Shown here: piece by piece, positions 10,277-19,342 of the stretch
Layout: each line of letters starts with the position of its first letter
How positions within the stretch are numbered: the first letter of the stretch is position 1
IMG/VR virus record: IMGVR_UViG_3300021400_000025
Span: 246,479-310,478 of that record
Length of the DNA stretch: 64,000 nt
Source: a virus
Taxonomy: Duplodnaviria; Heunggongvirae; Uroviricota; Caudoviricetes
Reading direction: 5' to 3' (one strand)
Program-made: the position numbers and the translations under genes
The notes under the pieces: model-generated
What the model saw: the letters and a program-made list of their open reading frames with translations, nothing else
What the model was told of the DNA's origin: nothing
The model's database searches: none

Positions 10277-10530
10277 GTCAATCCTCCCACTTCAATTCCA
10301 TGTCCACCCGCATACATGTCATTTGGTGGCTCGTCCTTCAACTTGGCAATATTTTCCGCTTCCCTTTGCATCGCCGCTTCAAGGTGGTCAATGCAGTTCT
10401 CGCAAAGTTCCCAGGTCTTGATATTGTTCTTGTAGCCGTTCCAATCGCGGATTTCCTTGTAGCATTTGTGCAGATGGCAGATATCAACTTCCATTCCACA
10501 GCAGTCGCAAACATGTATCGTCTTCGTCAT
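10273..10530 (-). CDS. small zinc-binding protein
   Basis: MTKTIHVCDCCG...ELCENC (two CxxC pairs). Confidence 0.6.
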   Translation of the reverse strand: MTKTIHVCDCCGMEVDICHLHKCYKEIRDWNGYKNNIKTWELCENCIDHLEAAMQREAENIAKLKDEPPNDMYAGGHGIEVGGLT

Positions 10531-10531
10531 T

Positions 10532-10831
10532 TCAGTTCTCCTGGACATTTCCAACGAGAGAACCGAGTTTGGTTCTGTCAATTCCCTTTGCGTAGACTAC
10601 ATAGGTTTTGCTTAATGGATGCCAATTCACCTCCAGATGGACAGGAACGAAATCTCGTTTCTCCAAATCAGACACGACATTTGAAATGGCGTTCTCAATC
10701 TTGTCTGGCTTGTCAACAGAAATCTTGGTGGAATAATCGGATGTCACTCGGATGGGAGAGTAGCATATCACAAACCCTATCCCAAGCACAATGAGCAGGA
10801 TGCCCACTATTGGCACAATACATTTCATCAT
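10532..10831 (-). CDS. membrane-anchored hypothetical protein
   Basis: N-terminal TM helix; RBS AAGGAG. Confidence 0.6.
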   Translation of the reverse strand: MMKCIVPIVGILLIVLGIGFVICYSPIRVTSDYSTKISVDKPDKIENAISNVVSDLEKRDFVPVHLEVNWHPLSKTYVVYAKGIDRTKLGSLVGNVQEN

Positions 10832-10843
10832 TTCAGTTCTCCT

Positions 10844-12121
10844 TTACTTGCAGTCAAGCGCGTAAATGGGGCAACTTGTGGAACACTTGTTGCATTTTCG
10901 GAATCCATTGAGCATCTTGTCGGTTGCCCATACATCCATCAACTTCGTGTTCCCATTGAGCAAGTCAATCGCGGAATCCTCAAATACATGCTCCACGAAA
11001 CTGCATGGGGTGATTTTCCCCTCAACGTTGCAGTATATCGAAATTCTTGCTGATTCACAAGGCTCGATTGAGGTGCATAGATGGGACTTCCCCATTTCAA
11101 CCAGAATGTCCTGGACATTGTGCCCATTGCAGGAGTCAAACCCAAACGAAATGTCGTTGTCAAGGCAGAACTTCATCACCTTGGTCAGATTTTCCTTGGA
11201 GAGACTGCAATCAAGGTTCTTCGCTCGTCCAACCGGCTTTGCGTGGAGCATGACAACGGACTTAAGTCCAGGAACCTTGCCATCCTTGATGTCGTTCAGA
11301 ACATCCATTATGTGCGTCATGGAGAAGTCGGCTATCACGATGTGCATGTTCACAGACATGTTTCGCTTGAACTTCTCCCTTGCTGTGTCATGGAGTTTCT
11401 TGATGGTGTTGTAGCAAAGGTCTTTCGCCTTGTCATAGCAACTGACTGCGCAAGCACCACAATACTGGCACAGGACATCCGTCATTTCATCGTCAAGGTC
11501 TGCTCCTGTCAAGGTGAGGTTTCCAACAATGCCATATTCACGGAGCCACTTCAACATGTCTGCGAGATATGGATTGGACTTGACCCCAGTGATGCCAAGC
11601 GCAACTTGGGACAGGTTTCTCGGAAATCCCATCACAATCTTCTTGAACTGCTCAAGGGTCATCACCTTGCCAGCGGCAGAGGTGTTGTTCTTGTAGCACC
11701 AACGGCAATTTTCTGAATTCACCTTGGGGCAAGAACCAGTCACCACTTCAATGTCCGCGATTTCCGGCCCGAGTGGACACCATGATGGGTCATCCTCAAA
11801 GGTCTTGCCCATTCGCACGTTGAACCCAGTTGTCTTGTTGAAAATCTGGAAGTAGTCAAGCTGGGACGTGTTGATGACGAACTTGTGCGTGTCGGTGTCC
11901 ACCACAGCCCATTCGCTCACAACGCCATCCACTTCCCTTCTGTAAATCTGAATCCTCGCGTCCTTCACGGAAGCTGGCGTGAAGTTGGCATATGCCTTTG
12001 GGTCTGGCATGGACTTGGCGTCGAAACTCTGCCTCACGTATTCGTTGAAGCACCTTTCAACCACCAACCTGATTTCCTCAGACATCTTCTTGGATGCCTC
12101 TGTTGCCTCTTCTGCTGTCAT
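10844..12121 (-). CDS. radical SAM protein with Cys-rich SPASM/Twitch-like C-terminus
   Basis: PEIADIEVVTGSCPKVNSENCRWCYK (CX7CX2C); C-terminal CESARISIYCNVEGKITPCSF...CNKCSTSCPIY. Confidence 0.85.
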   Translation of the reverse strand: MTAEEATEASKKMSEEIRLVVERCFNEYVRQSFDAKSMPDPKAYANFTPASVKDARIQIYRREVDGVVSEWAVVDTDTHKFVINTSQLDYFQIFNKTTGFNVRMGKTFEDDPSWCPLGPEIADIEVVTGSCPKVNSENCRWCYKNNTSAAGKVMTLEQFKKIVMGFPRNLSQVALGITGVKSNPYLADMLKWLREYGIVGNLTLTGADLDDEMTDVLCQYCGACAVSCYDKAKDLCYNTIKKLHDTAREKFKRNMSVNMHIVIADFSMTHIMDVLNDIKDGKVPGLKSVVMLHAKPVGRAKNLDCSLSKENLTKVMKFCLDNDISFGFDSCNGHNVQDILVEMGKSHLCTSIEPCESARISIYCNVEGKITPCSFVEHVFEDSAIDLLNGNTKLMDVWATDKMLNGFRKCNKCSTSCPIYALDCK

Positions 12122-12124
12122 CGT

Positions 12125-12304
12125 TCATGCTCCCTTCTTCTTGATGTTGCACAAAGTCTCGTCGGATTCCTCGTACCACTGGTCAATGGCGGGCTGCTCA
12201 ACGCCAAGGTTCTGGAGAATCTGGTGGAATCTCCAATCAGGGTAAAGTTCAACCATGTCCTTGATGGTCTCAACTATCTGTCTGTTCGCCGCTTGCCTGT
12301 TCAT
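12125..12304 (-). CDS. small hypothetical protein (YPDWRFHQIL motif)
   Basis: Hand translation, 59 aa: MNRQAANRQIVETIKDMVELYPDWRFHQILQNL...; below the ORF-track cutoff. Confidence 0.6.
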   Translation of the reverse strand: MNRQAANRQIVETIKDMVELYPDWRFHQILQNLGVEQPAIDQWYEESDETLCNIKKKGA

Positions 12305-12319
12305 TGTTTCATGCTCCTT

Positions 12320-12595
12320 TCACAGATTCTCACATCCAAGGTTCACAACATCGCAGACGAAATCCTGTGGGTTGACGCCGTTCTTGTGACACCAAGTGAG
12401 AATTGCGCAGTTGAAGTCAATGTACCTGTCAATGATGGGACACAAATCGTTCAGGAACGCCTCGCGCTTCTTCTCGCTGCCCTTGCAGTGGGACTTCACG
12501 AATGCGTTGAGGTCGCGCCACGACGCGGTGCTTTCCATGGCGAATCTCCGGGCGTTCTTGTCCCATGTCCGCTTTGTGACTCCAGTTTTCTTCAT
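12320..12595 (-). CDS. hypothetical protein
   Basis: MKKTGVTKR... with RBS AAGGAG, directly behind a sigma70 promoter. Confidence 0.7.
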   Translation of the reverse strand: MKKTGVTKRTWDKNARRFAMESTASWRDLNAFVKSHCKGSEKKREAFLNDLCPIIDRYIDFNCAILTWCHKNGVNPQDFVCDVVNLGCENL

Positions 12596-12628
12596 CGTTG
12601 TTTCTCCTTGTTTTCCTTCAACCCCTAC

Positions 12629-12657
12629 AGTATACCACAATCTGGGTTGGATGTCAA
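12629..12657 (-). promoter_or_regulatory. sigma70-type (early) promoter
   Basis: TTGACA-17 bp-TATACT with extended TGTGG. Confidence 0.8.
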
Positions 12658-12709
12658 TGGGGTTGTTGATTTCATCAACAAAACCTTGATTGCATCAATG
12701 GGGTCAGCT

Positions 12710-13015
12710 TCAATTCTTCTTGTAATAACCCCAGTTGTCCCACCACGCGGTGCACTGGCAATACACGACCTCGGCTTCCCCCTTGTTGAACAGGTCTGAG
12801 AACAGCTTCTCCCAGTCCACGATGGTCTTGCCATGGTCACGTTCGTGTTCATGCGGCTCAAAGCATTTGATGCGTTTGCGAACCTCTCCAACAACATGCG
12901 CCCAGGCGGCTTCCTTCGTGGGAAACGCCCATATCCGCTCATCCTCAATGTCACCACGCCAGTAATAGGTAATGACGTGCTTGTTGCGCTTGGAATTTCG
13001 CTGACGATTGCTCAT
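12710..13015 (-). CDS. hypothetical protein
   Basis: MSNRQRNSK... with RBS AAGGAG. Confidence 0.65.
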   Translation of the reverse strand: MSNRQRNSKRNKHVITYYWRGDIEDERIWAFPTKEAAWAHVVGEVRKRIKCFEPHEHERDHGKTIVDWEKLFSDLFNKGEAEVVYCQCTAWWDNWGYYKKN

Positions 13016-13052
13016 GGACACACTTCTCCTTGTTTTCCTTGTCAACATCAAC

Positions 13053-13081
13053 AGTATATCATATAATGTCTCGGAAGTCAA
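13053..13081 (-). promoter_or_regulatory. sigma70-type promoter
   Basis: TTGACT-17 bp-TATACT. Confidence 0.7.
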
Positions 13082-13099
13082 GGGGTGTCTGGAAACTTT

Positions 13100-13453
13100 T
13101 CAGCGTTCCTCAACCGGAAGAAAAACCTTCAGAGGATACCAGTAGCTGCCAATCATGACATTCTCAACATCCCCCTTGCCATAGAGGACGATTGAGCAAT
13201 CTTCCCTCTTGTCATCGTCAATGACCTCCAGACAATCCTTGGCGTTCTGGAGGTTGGTGAACATCATCGCGCCATCTTCAGGGCAATCAACCCAGTTCTC
13301 AATGCCCCAGAAGAAGGACTCGTCCTCTGTTCCAGGACATTCAACCTCGTTGGAGAACCCACCAAAGAACTTCTCGGTGTTCGTGTTGGAATCACGATGG
13401 ACAATCATGAACCGACTGTTCTCGTTTTGCTTCACTTCAATCTTCTCGATCAT
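13100..13453 (-). CDS. hypothetical protein
   Basis: 117-aa ORF with ATGA coupling. Confidence 0.65.
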   Translation of the reverse strand: MIEKIEVKQNENSRFMIVHRDSNTNTEKFFGGFSNEVECPGTEDESFFWGIENWVDCPEDGAMMFTNLQNAKDCLEVIDDDKREDCSIVLYGKGDVENVMIGSYWYPLKVFLPVEER

Positions 13454-13746
13454 ATTTTCGCTTCCTTTCCTGGAACCTCTCCCAACCCAACAACCCTTAT
13501 CCTTTCAGGTGGAATGTCACCCCATGCGCAAATTTCATCCGTGTTCTCAATGCAAGGCGTTGTCATTCTGCAATTCAGACCATCAACATCAACCTCAAGC
13601 AACACAAGCCCATCGTCAATCCAACTGTCCGGATCTTCTGAAAGAAACACGAACGCGGACTTGTGGTCTCCATGACAACGCAGAAGTCCATGTTCTAATA
13701 TGGATTCCACATTCTCTGGCTTGGTGACATGGTAGAGTGGTTTCAC
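13450..13746 (-). CDS. small ART-fold protein (Tpt1/KptA-like)
   Basis: LYHVTKPENVESILEHGL...VFLS...LLEVD...DIPPERI pattern. Confidence 0.65.
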   Translation of the reverse strand: MKPLYHVTKPENVESILEHGLLRCHGDHKSAFVFLSEDPDSWIDDGLVLLEVDVDGLNCRMTTPCIENTDEICAWGDIPPERIRVVGLGEVPGKEAKI

Positions 13747-14012
13747 TGCTTTCCCCTCAATCTTTCCTCAACCCCATCCCAATAGCCCTTGTTGAAGCCA
13801 AGATACTCGCCAGTGCATCCATCTTCAATGGAGATGCCACGTTCCTGCGCCAATTGGAACACCGCATCCTGAAGATTGTTCATGGTGTAGTTCATCGGCT
13901 TTGGGAGGTGGTAGTCGCCAGCCACTATGGAATGCGCGAAGTTGAACGCCCAAGCGATGACGTCCCTCTCGTTCTCAGTAAGCCTCTCGGCATCTGACAA
14001 CTTGGTTTTCAC
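13743..14012 (-). CDS. hypothetical protein
   Basis: GTG start overlapping the upstream TGA (GTGA). Confidence 0.55.
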   Translation of the reverse strand: MKTKLSDAERLTENERDVIAWAFNFAHSIVAGDYHLPKPMNYTMNNLQDAVFQLAQERGISIEDGCTGEYLGFNKGYWDGVEERLRGKQ

Positions 14013-14245
14013 GCCTTCGTCTCCTTCTTCGCCCGAGCCTTCGCAAGCCTTTCCTTCGCGGCCTGACGCTGCTCGTCTGTCATGTTCCGCGACCTGTTGG
14101 GGTTCTTGCCCAACCTGAATGGATATAGGGGGCATTCAGTGGCAGGACACAACTTGACTTCCTCCCTCTGCCCACAACAGCAATCCAGACACTTCGCCTT
14201 GATTGCCTTGATGGGGGAGGTGATTTCCTTTTTTGTGTTTTCCAT
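14009..14245 (-). CDS. small Cys-rich protein
   Basis: SPIKAIKAKCLDCCCGQREEVKLCPATECPLYPFRLG, a motif typical of small phage proteins. Confidence 0.7.
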   Translation of the reverse strand: MENTKKEITSPIKAIKAKCLDCCCGQREEVKLCPATECPLYPFRLGKNPNRSRNMTDEQRQAAKERLAKARAKKETKA

Positions 14246-14273
14246 TTTCTTCTACTCTCTTTCTCCTTGAACC

Positions 14274-14302
14274 ATTATACAACAAATCCACGGTTCCGTA
14301 AA
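14274..14302 (-). promoter_or_regulatory. sigma70-type promoter
   Basis: TTTACG-17 bp-TATAAT. Confidence 0.65.
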
Positions 14303-14309
14303 GCCACAA

Positions 14310-15251
14310 TCACACCATGCCTTGGCAAGCTGAATCCAGATTGTTCCACAACTCGTCGTCAATCCAATGTCCACCTGGGTGAGCATCGTCACGGGTGTAG
14401 TTCTCCTTCGTGACGCAAAGAAGATCAGAGACTGGAATGAGGGTGTAGACCCTGCGACGCCGGTGGATGTCCTCGTAGATTGACTTCAAGTAGGAATAGA
14501 CGGTGACAACCATCTGGGTATAATCAAGAAACTTCGAGTCCTGAATCCCGAACTCGTTGACGCACACATTGTCCTTCCATGTCGCGGAAATTGCCTGCCA
14601 TGGAAGATTGCGCGTGAACGAAAGCCCAACAGGAGCCTTGAACTTGCGGTTCTTCAACTTCACCGTGGAATACTTCGTGAATGAAGTGACATAGCCAGAC
14701 TCAACAACGTTCTTGACAGCCTTCCAAGATTCACGAGGAACATCAAGTGGAAACTTGCCCGGGGAAATCTCGTTGTTCACCACATCGCGGATTTTCTCAT
14801 TGTATAGTGGAAGAAGTTCAAGAATCCATGCAGGAATCCTTGCATCACGATCTATCTCCGCAGCATCCTCAATCCTCTCGCTGTGGTCGTTCACATAGCC
14901 ACACTTGACGAACAAGGGGACAAGTTTCCTGTTCCTCTGATAGACAATGTCCTTGTCCTCCCACCACTTCAACCCATATTCCCATGAACCATCACGATAG
15001 TGGATTTTCACTGGAAGCATGTTGGTGTCGGAAAAACCATCGTTGAATGCCTTGGTTGAAAACACCATCCCATTGAACGTCCTGCTTGCAAGTTCCCCAT
15101 TTCTGCCAATATAGGAAAACTTGAGGTAATCCCCCTCGTACTTCGTCTTGCCATTCTCCACCCTCTTCCAGAGGTTGGCAAGAGACTGTATGATGTTCGC
15201 CTTGGGCAAGTCCTCAAGGGAAACCACCTCAATCCGCTTAATTCTTTTCAT
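14310..15251 (-). CDS. hypothetical protein
   Basis: MKRIKRIEV... 313 aa. Confidence 0.7.
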   Translation of the reverse strand: MKRIKRIEVVSLEDLPKANIIQSLANLWKRVENGKTKYEGDYLKFSYIGRNGELASRTFNGMVFSTKAFNDGFSDTNMLPVKIHYRDGSWEYGLKWWEDKDIVYQRNRKLVPLFVKCGYVNDHSERIEDAAEIDRDARIPAWILELLPLYNEKIRDVVNNEISPGKFPLDVPRESWKAVKNVVESGYVTSFTKYSTVKLKNRKFKAPVGLSFTRNLPWQAISATWKDNVCVNEFGIQDSKFLDYTQMVVTVYSYLKSIYEDIHRRRRVYTLIPVSDLLCVTKENYTRDDAHPGGHWIDDELWNNLDSACQGMV

Positions 15252-15609
15252 ATGTGAGCCATTCTCCAGGTCTGTTTCCAATCGCAATCTTTTGAGTCCC
15301 AAACTCCACTGTCTGCATGACATCCTCGTTCACCAACTTCGTTCCCTTGTATGTCATGAGGACAATCTTGATTTCATCCAGACTCCAATTTGATGGGGCA
15401 GGGCAATTTGAACTCGTCTCAATGTTGTATCTGTCATGGGCGAGCTTGAAGTTGCCATAGTCCATGCGGTATTCCTTGCGCTTGATAGGATGCCCTGGTT
15501 GCACATAGGAAATCCGGACTGAGAAGATGTTGCGATATCCCCGCTTATGGCTTTTCTTCAATGCCCACAAACAGGCTGAATCGTCTGAATATGGAATGCC
15601 TTTGTTCAT
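15238..15609 (-). CDS. hypothetical protein
   Basis: 123-aa ORF in operon. Confidence 0.6.
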   Translation of the reverse strand: MNKGIPYSDDSACLWALKKSHKRGYRNIFSVRISYVQPGHPIKRKEYRMDYGNFKLAHDRYNIETSSNCPAPSNWSLDEIKIVLMTYKGTKLVNEDVMQTVEFGTQKIAIGNRPGEWLTYEKN

Positions 15610-15610
15610 T

Positions 15611-16669
15611 TCACTTCATTCCGATAATCTCAACAACGTCAGAATTAATTTCAGCTTTCTTCGTAAAACGAATAACCAATGTCATCTTATGTTCCTTACC
15701 ATCAGATAAGATAGAACTAATCTTTTTCCCCACAAATGAAGATTTCAAGACATAACCATGAAATGACTCCCAATCTTCACTATCTCTTGTATATGCGCGA
15801 ATACTAACTGACCAATGAGTTTTTTCACATTCATCAAATTCATAGTTGTAATAGTCATCAATCTCACAATCACAAACATACTCCACTGGCTTCATTTTCG
15901 GCATAGAAGCCTTGAACATCTTTGGGGCAATGTATTTAGCCACACGCTTACTTTCTTGAATGGTATCTGCTCTTTCCGTATTTTCAAGGCACTGATTAAA
16001 AAAATTATCTATACATAGCACATAAACATTTTTTAACTTCACCGATATATCACTTATATGAGATGAATTTAGATAAACACCCCCATAATTATTTCGTTCA
16101 AAAGTACCATCTTCACAATCAACTTCCCGACCTTGAGCTGTCTGGGAGCCAATCTTAAATAACCACAAATCTGAAATATTTGTGTCCTTGTTATATCCAT
16201 TAAATGCTTGCCTTTGTTGTGCAAGCCAGAACAATTTGATTGGTACTTCAGAAAATACAGCATATAAATATGAATCAGAAAAATCGGTTTGAAAATTTTT
16301 AGTGAAACTTCCTGGAGAACTTGTATAGTCAGATGTTCCTGTTTGAATTAGTCGAGGATTAGTCCATACTTTAGAATCAAACCAATTTGATGATGTAAGT
16401 CTCCATATTTTAATCCATTTTTTCATTTCAAAATCGTCTAAATCCAAATTTTCGGGAAGAATTTCTTTAGGAAATTTCAACCCAATTAAACCACGTCCAA
16501 ATGGTCTGCTCTTAAATACAATTATCTTACAATGATAGTTATTTTTTAGCGTTCTCGCAAAATCCAATACGCCATCGTGTGTTCGCCGCATTGCAGTTCC
16601 AAAACCACCTTGCGCCCAACTACACATCATATAAAATATAATCACACAAGATATTGATAGCCTTTTCAT
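15611..16669 (-). CDS. AT-rich secreted hypothetical protein
   Basis: 352-aa ORF with signal-peptide-like N-terminus and RBS AGGAG; visibly lower GC than neighbours. Confidence 0.7.
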   Translation of the reverse strand: MKRLSISCVIIFYMMCSWAQGGFGTAMRRTHDGVLDFARTLKNNYHCKIIVFKSRPFGRGLIGLKFPKEILPENLDLDDFEMKKWIKIWRLTSSNWFDSKVWTNPRLIQTGTSDYTSSPGSFTKNFQTDFSDSYLYAVFSEVPIKLFWLAQQRQAFNGYNKDTNISDLWLFKIGSQTAQGREVDCEDGTFERNNYGGVYLNSSHISDISVKLKNVYVLCIDNFFNQCLENTERADTIQESKRVAKYIAPKMFKASMPKMKPVEYVCDCEIDDYYNYEFDECEKTHWSVSIRAYTRDSEDWESFHGYVLKSSFVGKKISSILSDGKEHKMTLVIRFTKKAEINSDVVEIIGMK

Positions 16670-16705
16670 TTTTGACTTCTCCTATTGGTTGTTTTCAACC
16701 CCTAT

Positions 16706-16734
16706 AGTATACACTATTTTGGCGTGAATGTCAA
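16706..16734 (-). promoter_or_regulatory. sigma70-type promoter
   Basis: TTGACA-17 bp-TATACT. Confidence 0.75.
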
Positions 16735-16777
16735 TGGGGGTCTCTGAAACATCCACGAAAATGCCATAACTTCCAAA

Positions 16778-17158
16778 TCACTTGGAGAAATCAACTTCTT
16801 CAACAGTTATGCCGGTGTTCTTGGAAATCCAATCAGCAATCAAATGCCTATGGCAGAACTCACCTGGCTTCTCGTAGCATAGCATGACGGCATTGTCTCC
16901 CATGTCTGCCACAACCTTTTCTGGATTCAGCTTTGAAAGCACTGTCTCGTTGTACTTCCCAATGTACCAGTCATTGGAGAGATGCTTGTTCTTCCACTCC
17001 CAAAACCACTCTTTCCTTGGGGCAAGGTCTGGATAGAAGTGGGCTTCGTCCAGGTCAAAGAAGAACTTTGGGGCATAGCCTGCAACGCACACCAGATTGT
17101 TCAATCCACATTCTTGGAGATTCTTGACCTTTGCGAAATAGGAAGTGTACAAATTCAT
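16778..17158 (-). CDS. DUF488-like protein
   Basis: YTSYFA...LAP...Y...Y...VL..L.P...VMLCYEKPGEFCHRHLIADW. Confidence 0.8.
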   Translation of the reverse strand: MNLYTSYFAKVKNLQECGLNNLVCVAGYAPKFFFDLDEAHFYPDLAPRKEWFWEWKNKHLSNDWYIGKYNETVLSKLNPEKVVADMGDNAVMLCYEKPGEFCHRHLIADWISKNTGITVEEVDFSK

Positions 17159-17227
17159 AGATATTTAGGTGAAGGAAACGCAACCATCTTCAGTGGTTGC
17201 GATGAATTCACCATCTCCTTTCAATAT

Positions 17228-17256
17228 ATTATACCACTTGAAAATATTTTTGTAAA
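17228..17256 (-). promoter_or_regulatory. sigma70-type promoter facing the DUF488-like gene
   Basis: TTTACA-17 bp-TATAAT. Confidence 0.6.
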
Positions 17257-17308
17257 GACGCTCATTTATAATGAAGTTTTTGGACAAATCTGTGTAAATA
17301 ATATTGTT

Positions 17309-18511
17309 ATGAGAACATACAAGGTCAAATTGGAATTCGAGAACCAGAATGTCAAGGACTTCTGGAGGAAACGCATTTGCCTTGTACGAGATTGCTATAA
17401 CTACGCTTCCAACATCATATTCAACGAGAAATTGCCCCTTGGACTAAAGTCAGTTCACAATAGGTTGTACTATGAACTCAGGAACAAGTTCAAGGAACTT
17501 CCATCTCAAATGTGCATCCAAGTAGAACGCGCCTTGATTGCGAACTACAAGTCTATTCGTTCTAATGGACACAAGATTGACAAGCCAATTCAGATGAAGC
17601 ACCCTTCAATCCAATTGGACAAGCGTTTGTTCTCAAATCTCACAAGAGAGTCTTTCAAGTTGAGCAATGGAGATGGGAACAACAGGTCGATTGTCAAGTT
17701 CGTCACATACCCCAAGTTCGACCAATTGGCTGAGATGTACAAGATGTGTGATCCAAAGCTGACATACAACGATGATACTGGTGTGTTCTATGCTTGTATT
17801 CCATTCTTGGACATCCCACCTACTCCGCACGAGGAAAGTTATATTGGAATGGATTTGGGAATGAAGAGGATTGCCACCTTGTCTGATGGAACAGCGTACT
17901 CTGACAAGAAGTACCTTGCGAATAGGAGAAGGATACGTCACAACAAGAGGATATTGCAATCCAAGAAGCACTCGCATTCTGCAAGAACCAAATTGAAGAA
18001 ACTTCGCAGAAAGGAAGCCAATGTCTCAAAGAACATGTGCCATCATCTGGCAAACGAGATATTGAAACACGATGGTTCTGTTATAGTGATGGAGGATTTG
18101 ACCAAGGTAAAGCAATCTACTTCCAAGACAAGGGATGGTTTCAAGAGAAATCGTCACAACAACGCAATCTCTCAGGTTCCGTTCTATTTGATAAGACAGA
18201 TTTTGACCTACAAGGCACTACTCAAGGGAAAGCGAGTAGAAACAGTTTCGCCCGAATACACATCCAGACAGGATTGCAGAACGCAATCTGGAGTTGGATG
18301 CAAACGTCAAGGGTGTAGGTTCTATACGAAAGATGGTATGGTGTTCGATGCAGATTGGAATGCTGCAATCAATATCATGAATCGGTATAAACACTCCACT
18401 TCGTTTAGTTTGCCTATTGACGGCAAGTTGAACTTGGTGGACAGGCCACTTCAACAGGCCAATAGTTCTATGAGCAATCACAGAGCAATCTCAACGGCTA
18501 AAGACCGTTGA
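17309..18511 (+). CDS. tnpB: RNA-guided endonuclease TnpB
   Basis: MRTYKVKLEF... 400 aa. RuvC motifs IGMDLGMKRIATLSDG, VIVMEDL, VSPEYTSR and DADWNAAINI are all present. Confidence 0.9.
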   Translation: MRTYKVKLEFENQNVKDFWRKRICLVRDCYNYASNIIFNEKLPLGLKSVHNRLYYELRNKFKELPSQMCIQVERALIANYKSIRSNGHKIDKPIQMKHPSIQLDKRLFSNLTRESFKLSNGDGNNRSIVKFVTYPKFDQLAEMYKMCDPKLTYNDDTGVFYACIPFLDIPPTPHEESYIGMDLGMKRIATLSDGTAYSDKKYLANRRRIRHNKRILQSKKHSHSARTKLKKLRRKEANVSKNMCHHLANEILKHDGSVIVMEDLTKVKQSTSKTRDGFKRNRHNNAISQVPFYLIRQILTYKALLKGKRVETVSPEYTSRQDCRTQSGVGCKRQGCRFYTKDGMVFDADWNAAINIMNRYKHSTSFSLPIDGKLNLVDRPLQQANSSMSNHRAISTAKDR

Positions 18512-18521
18512 GTAAGTTGAA

Positions 18522-18686
18522 TTATGAATTTCTCCAGTTCTTGTCAACCACAACCATCCCCGTTATTGGCTCATCACCATGCTCCTTGACCCACATGTTT
18601 ACTGCTTCAACCACAGTGGGAGCATCATACTCCTCTATGCCCTCTTCATCATCGTCGTTGTATCTGAATCCAATTCTTCCATTCAT
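18522..18686 (-). CDS. small hypothetical protein
   Basis: MNGRIGFRY...; ATGA overlap with the PEP-CTERM gene. Confidence 0.55.
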   Translation of the reverse strand: MNGRIGFRYNDDDEEGIEEYDAPTVVEAVNMWVKEHGDEPITGMVVVDKNWRNS

Positions 18687-19315
18687 GATATTGCATGTGC
18701 CTTTCGTTTCAGCATGAGAACGCCAAATCCAATTATACATAGAAGGGATGTGGATGGTTCTGGAACAGAATGATATGACATTGGCTTCCAATCAGTAACT
18801 GGTGGGTTCAGGTCAAATGTCGGATACATATGCGCCATAACTTGCTCATATGTGTATTTGTCGGATTCAGCCAAAACTTGAAATGCTCCAGACATATATG
18901 TATCGTCATCCCAGTCCATTCTGCCAAGTTCAATTGAGAACAAGGCTTCCATCCCAAGTTCGGTTGGAACATGAGATTGTTGATAATCTATGCCATAGTA
19001 ACCACTTCCTGAATCTCCTACCCAAACACCTAAGTGTCCACCACCAACATCCAATTCATATGCGCTTGTATCTTCGTTGTACTAATAGTTGTCAAGATAT
19101 ATCGGAGAAGTCAATCCTCCCCCACTTATCTTCACCCTTGCTGCTGGATTATGCAAATCATCATCTGGAACAGGTGAAAGAAACGTATATACAGATGATT
19201 CTCCATCAACTGTGGCATCACCATCAACTGTCCACAACAAAACATCTCCGCTTCCATTCAAGAAAGCGAGGCATGCAATCAATATGGCAACAAGTCTCTT
19301 CTTCATCATAATCAA
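18683..19315 (-). CDS. PEP-CTERM sorting-domain surface protein; one in-frame TAG (19082)
   Basis: Signal peptide (MKKRLVAILIACLAFL) in ORF 19082-19315 and VPEPSTSLLCIIGFGVLMLKRK in ORF 18683-19054. The two ORFs share a frame and join through TAG. Confidence 0.85.
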
Positions 19316-19342
19316 CTATTTACAATTCCAACATCGGGAAAA

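Larger units (their letters stand above)
17168..18520 (+). mobile_element. IS200/IS605-family (IS1341-like) element carrying only tnpB; ends approximate
   Basis: Left hairpin CGCAACCA-tcttcag-TGGTTGCG (17179-17201). Right hairpin CTCAACGG-ctaaaga-CCGTTGAG followed by TAAGTTGA (18490-18520). Inserted antisense to the surrounding genes; no tnpA in the element. Confidence 0.65.

Noticed and set aside
16982-17308. N-terminal 109 aa of the 509-aa TnpB ORF
   Set aside because: It overlaps the DUF488-like gene and the element's left end. The typical TnpB start MRTYKVKL is at 17309.
17150-18535. TnpB guide targeting the DUF488-like gene start (shared TATGAATTT)
   Set aside because: Only a 9-nt AT-rich match, which is expected by chance.
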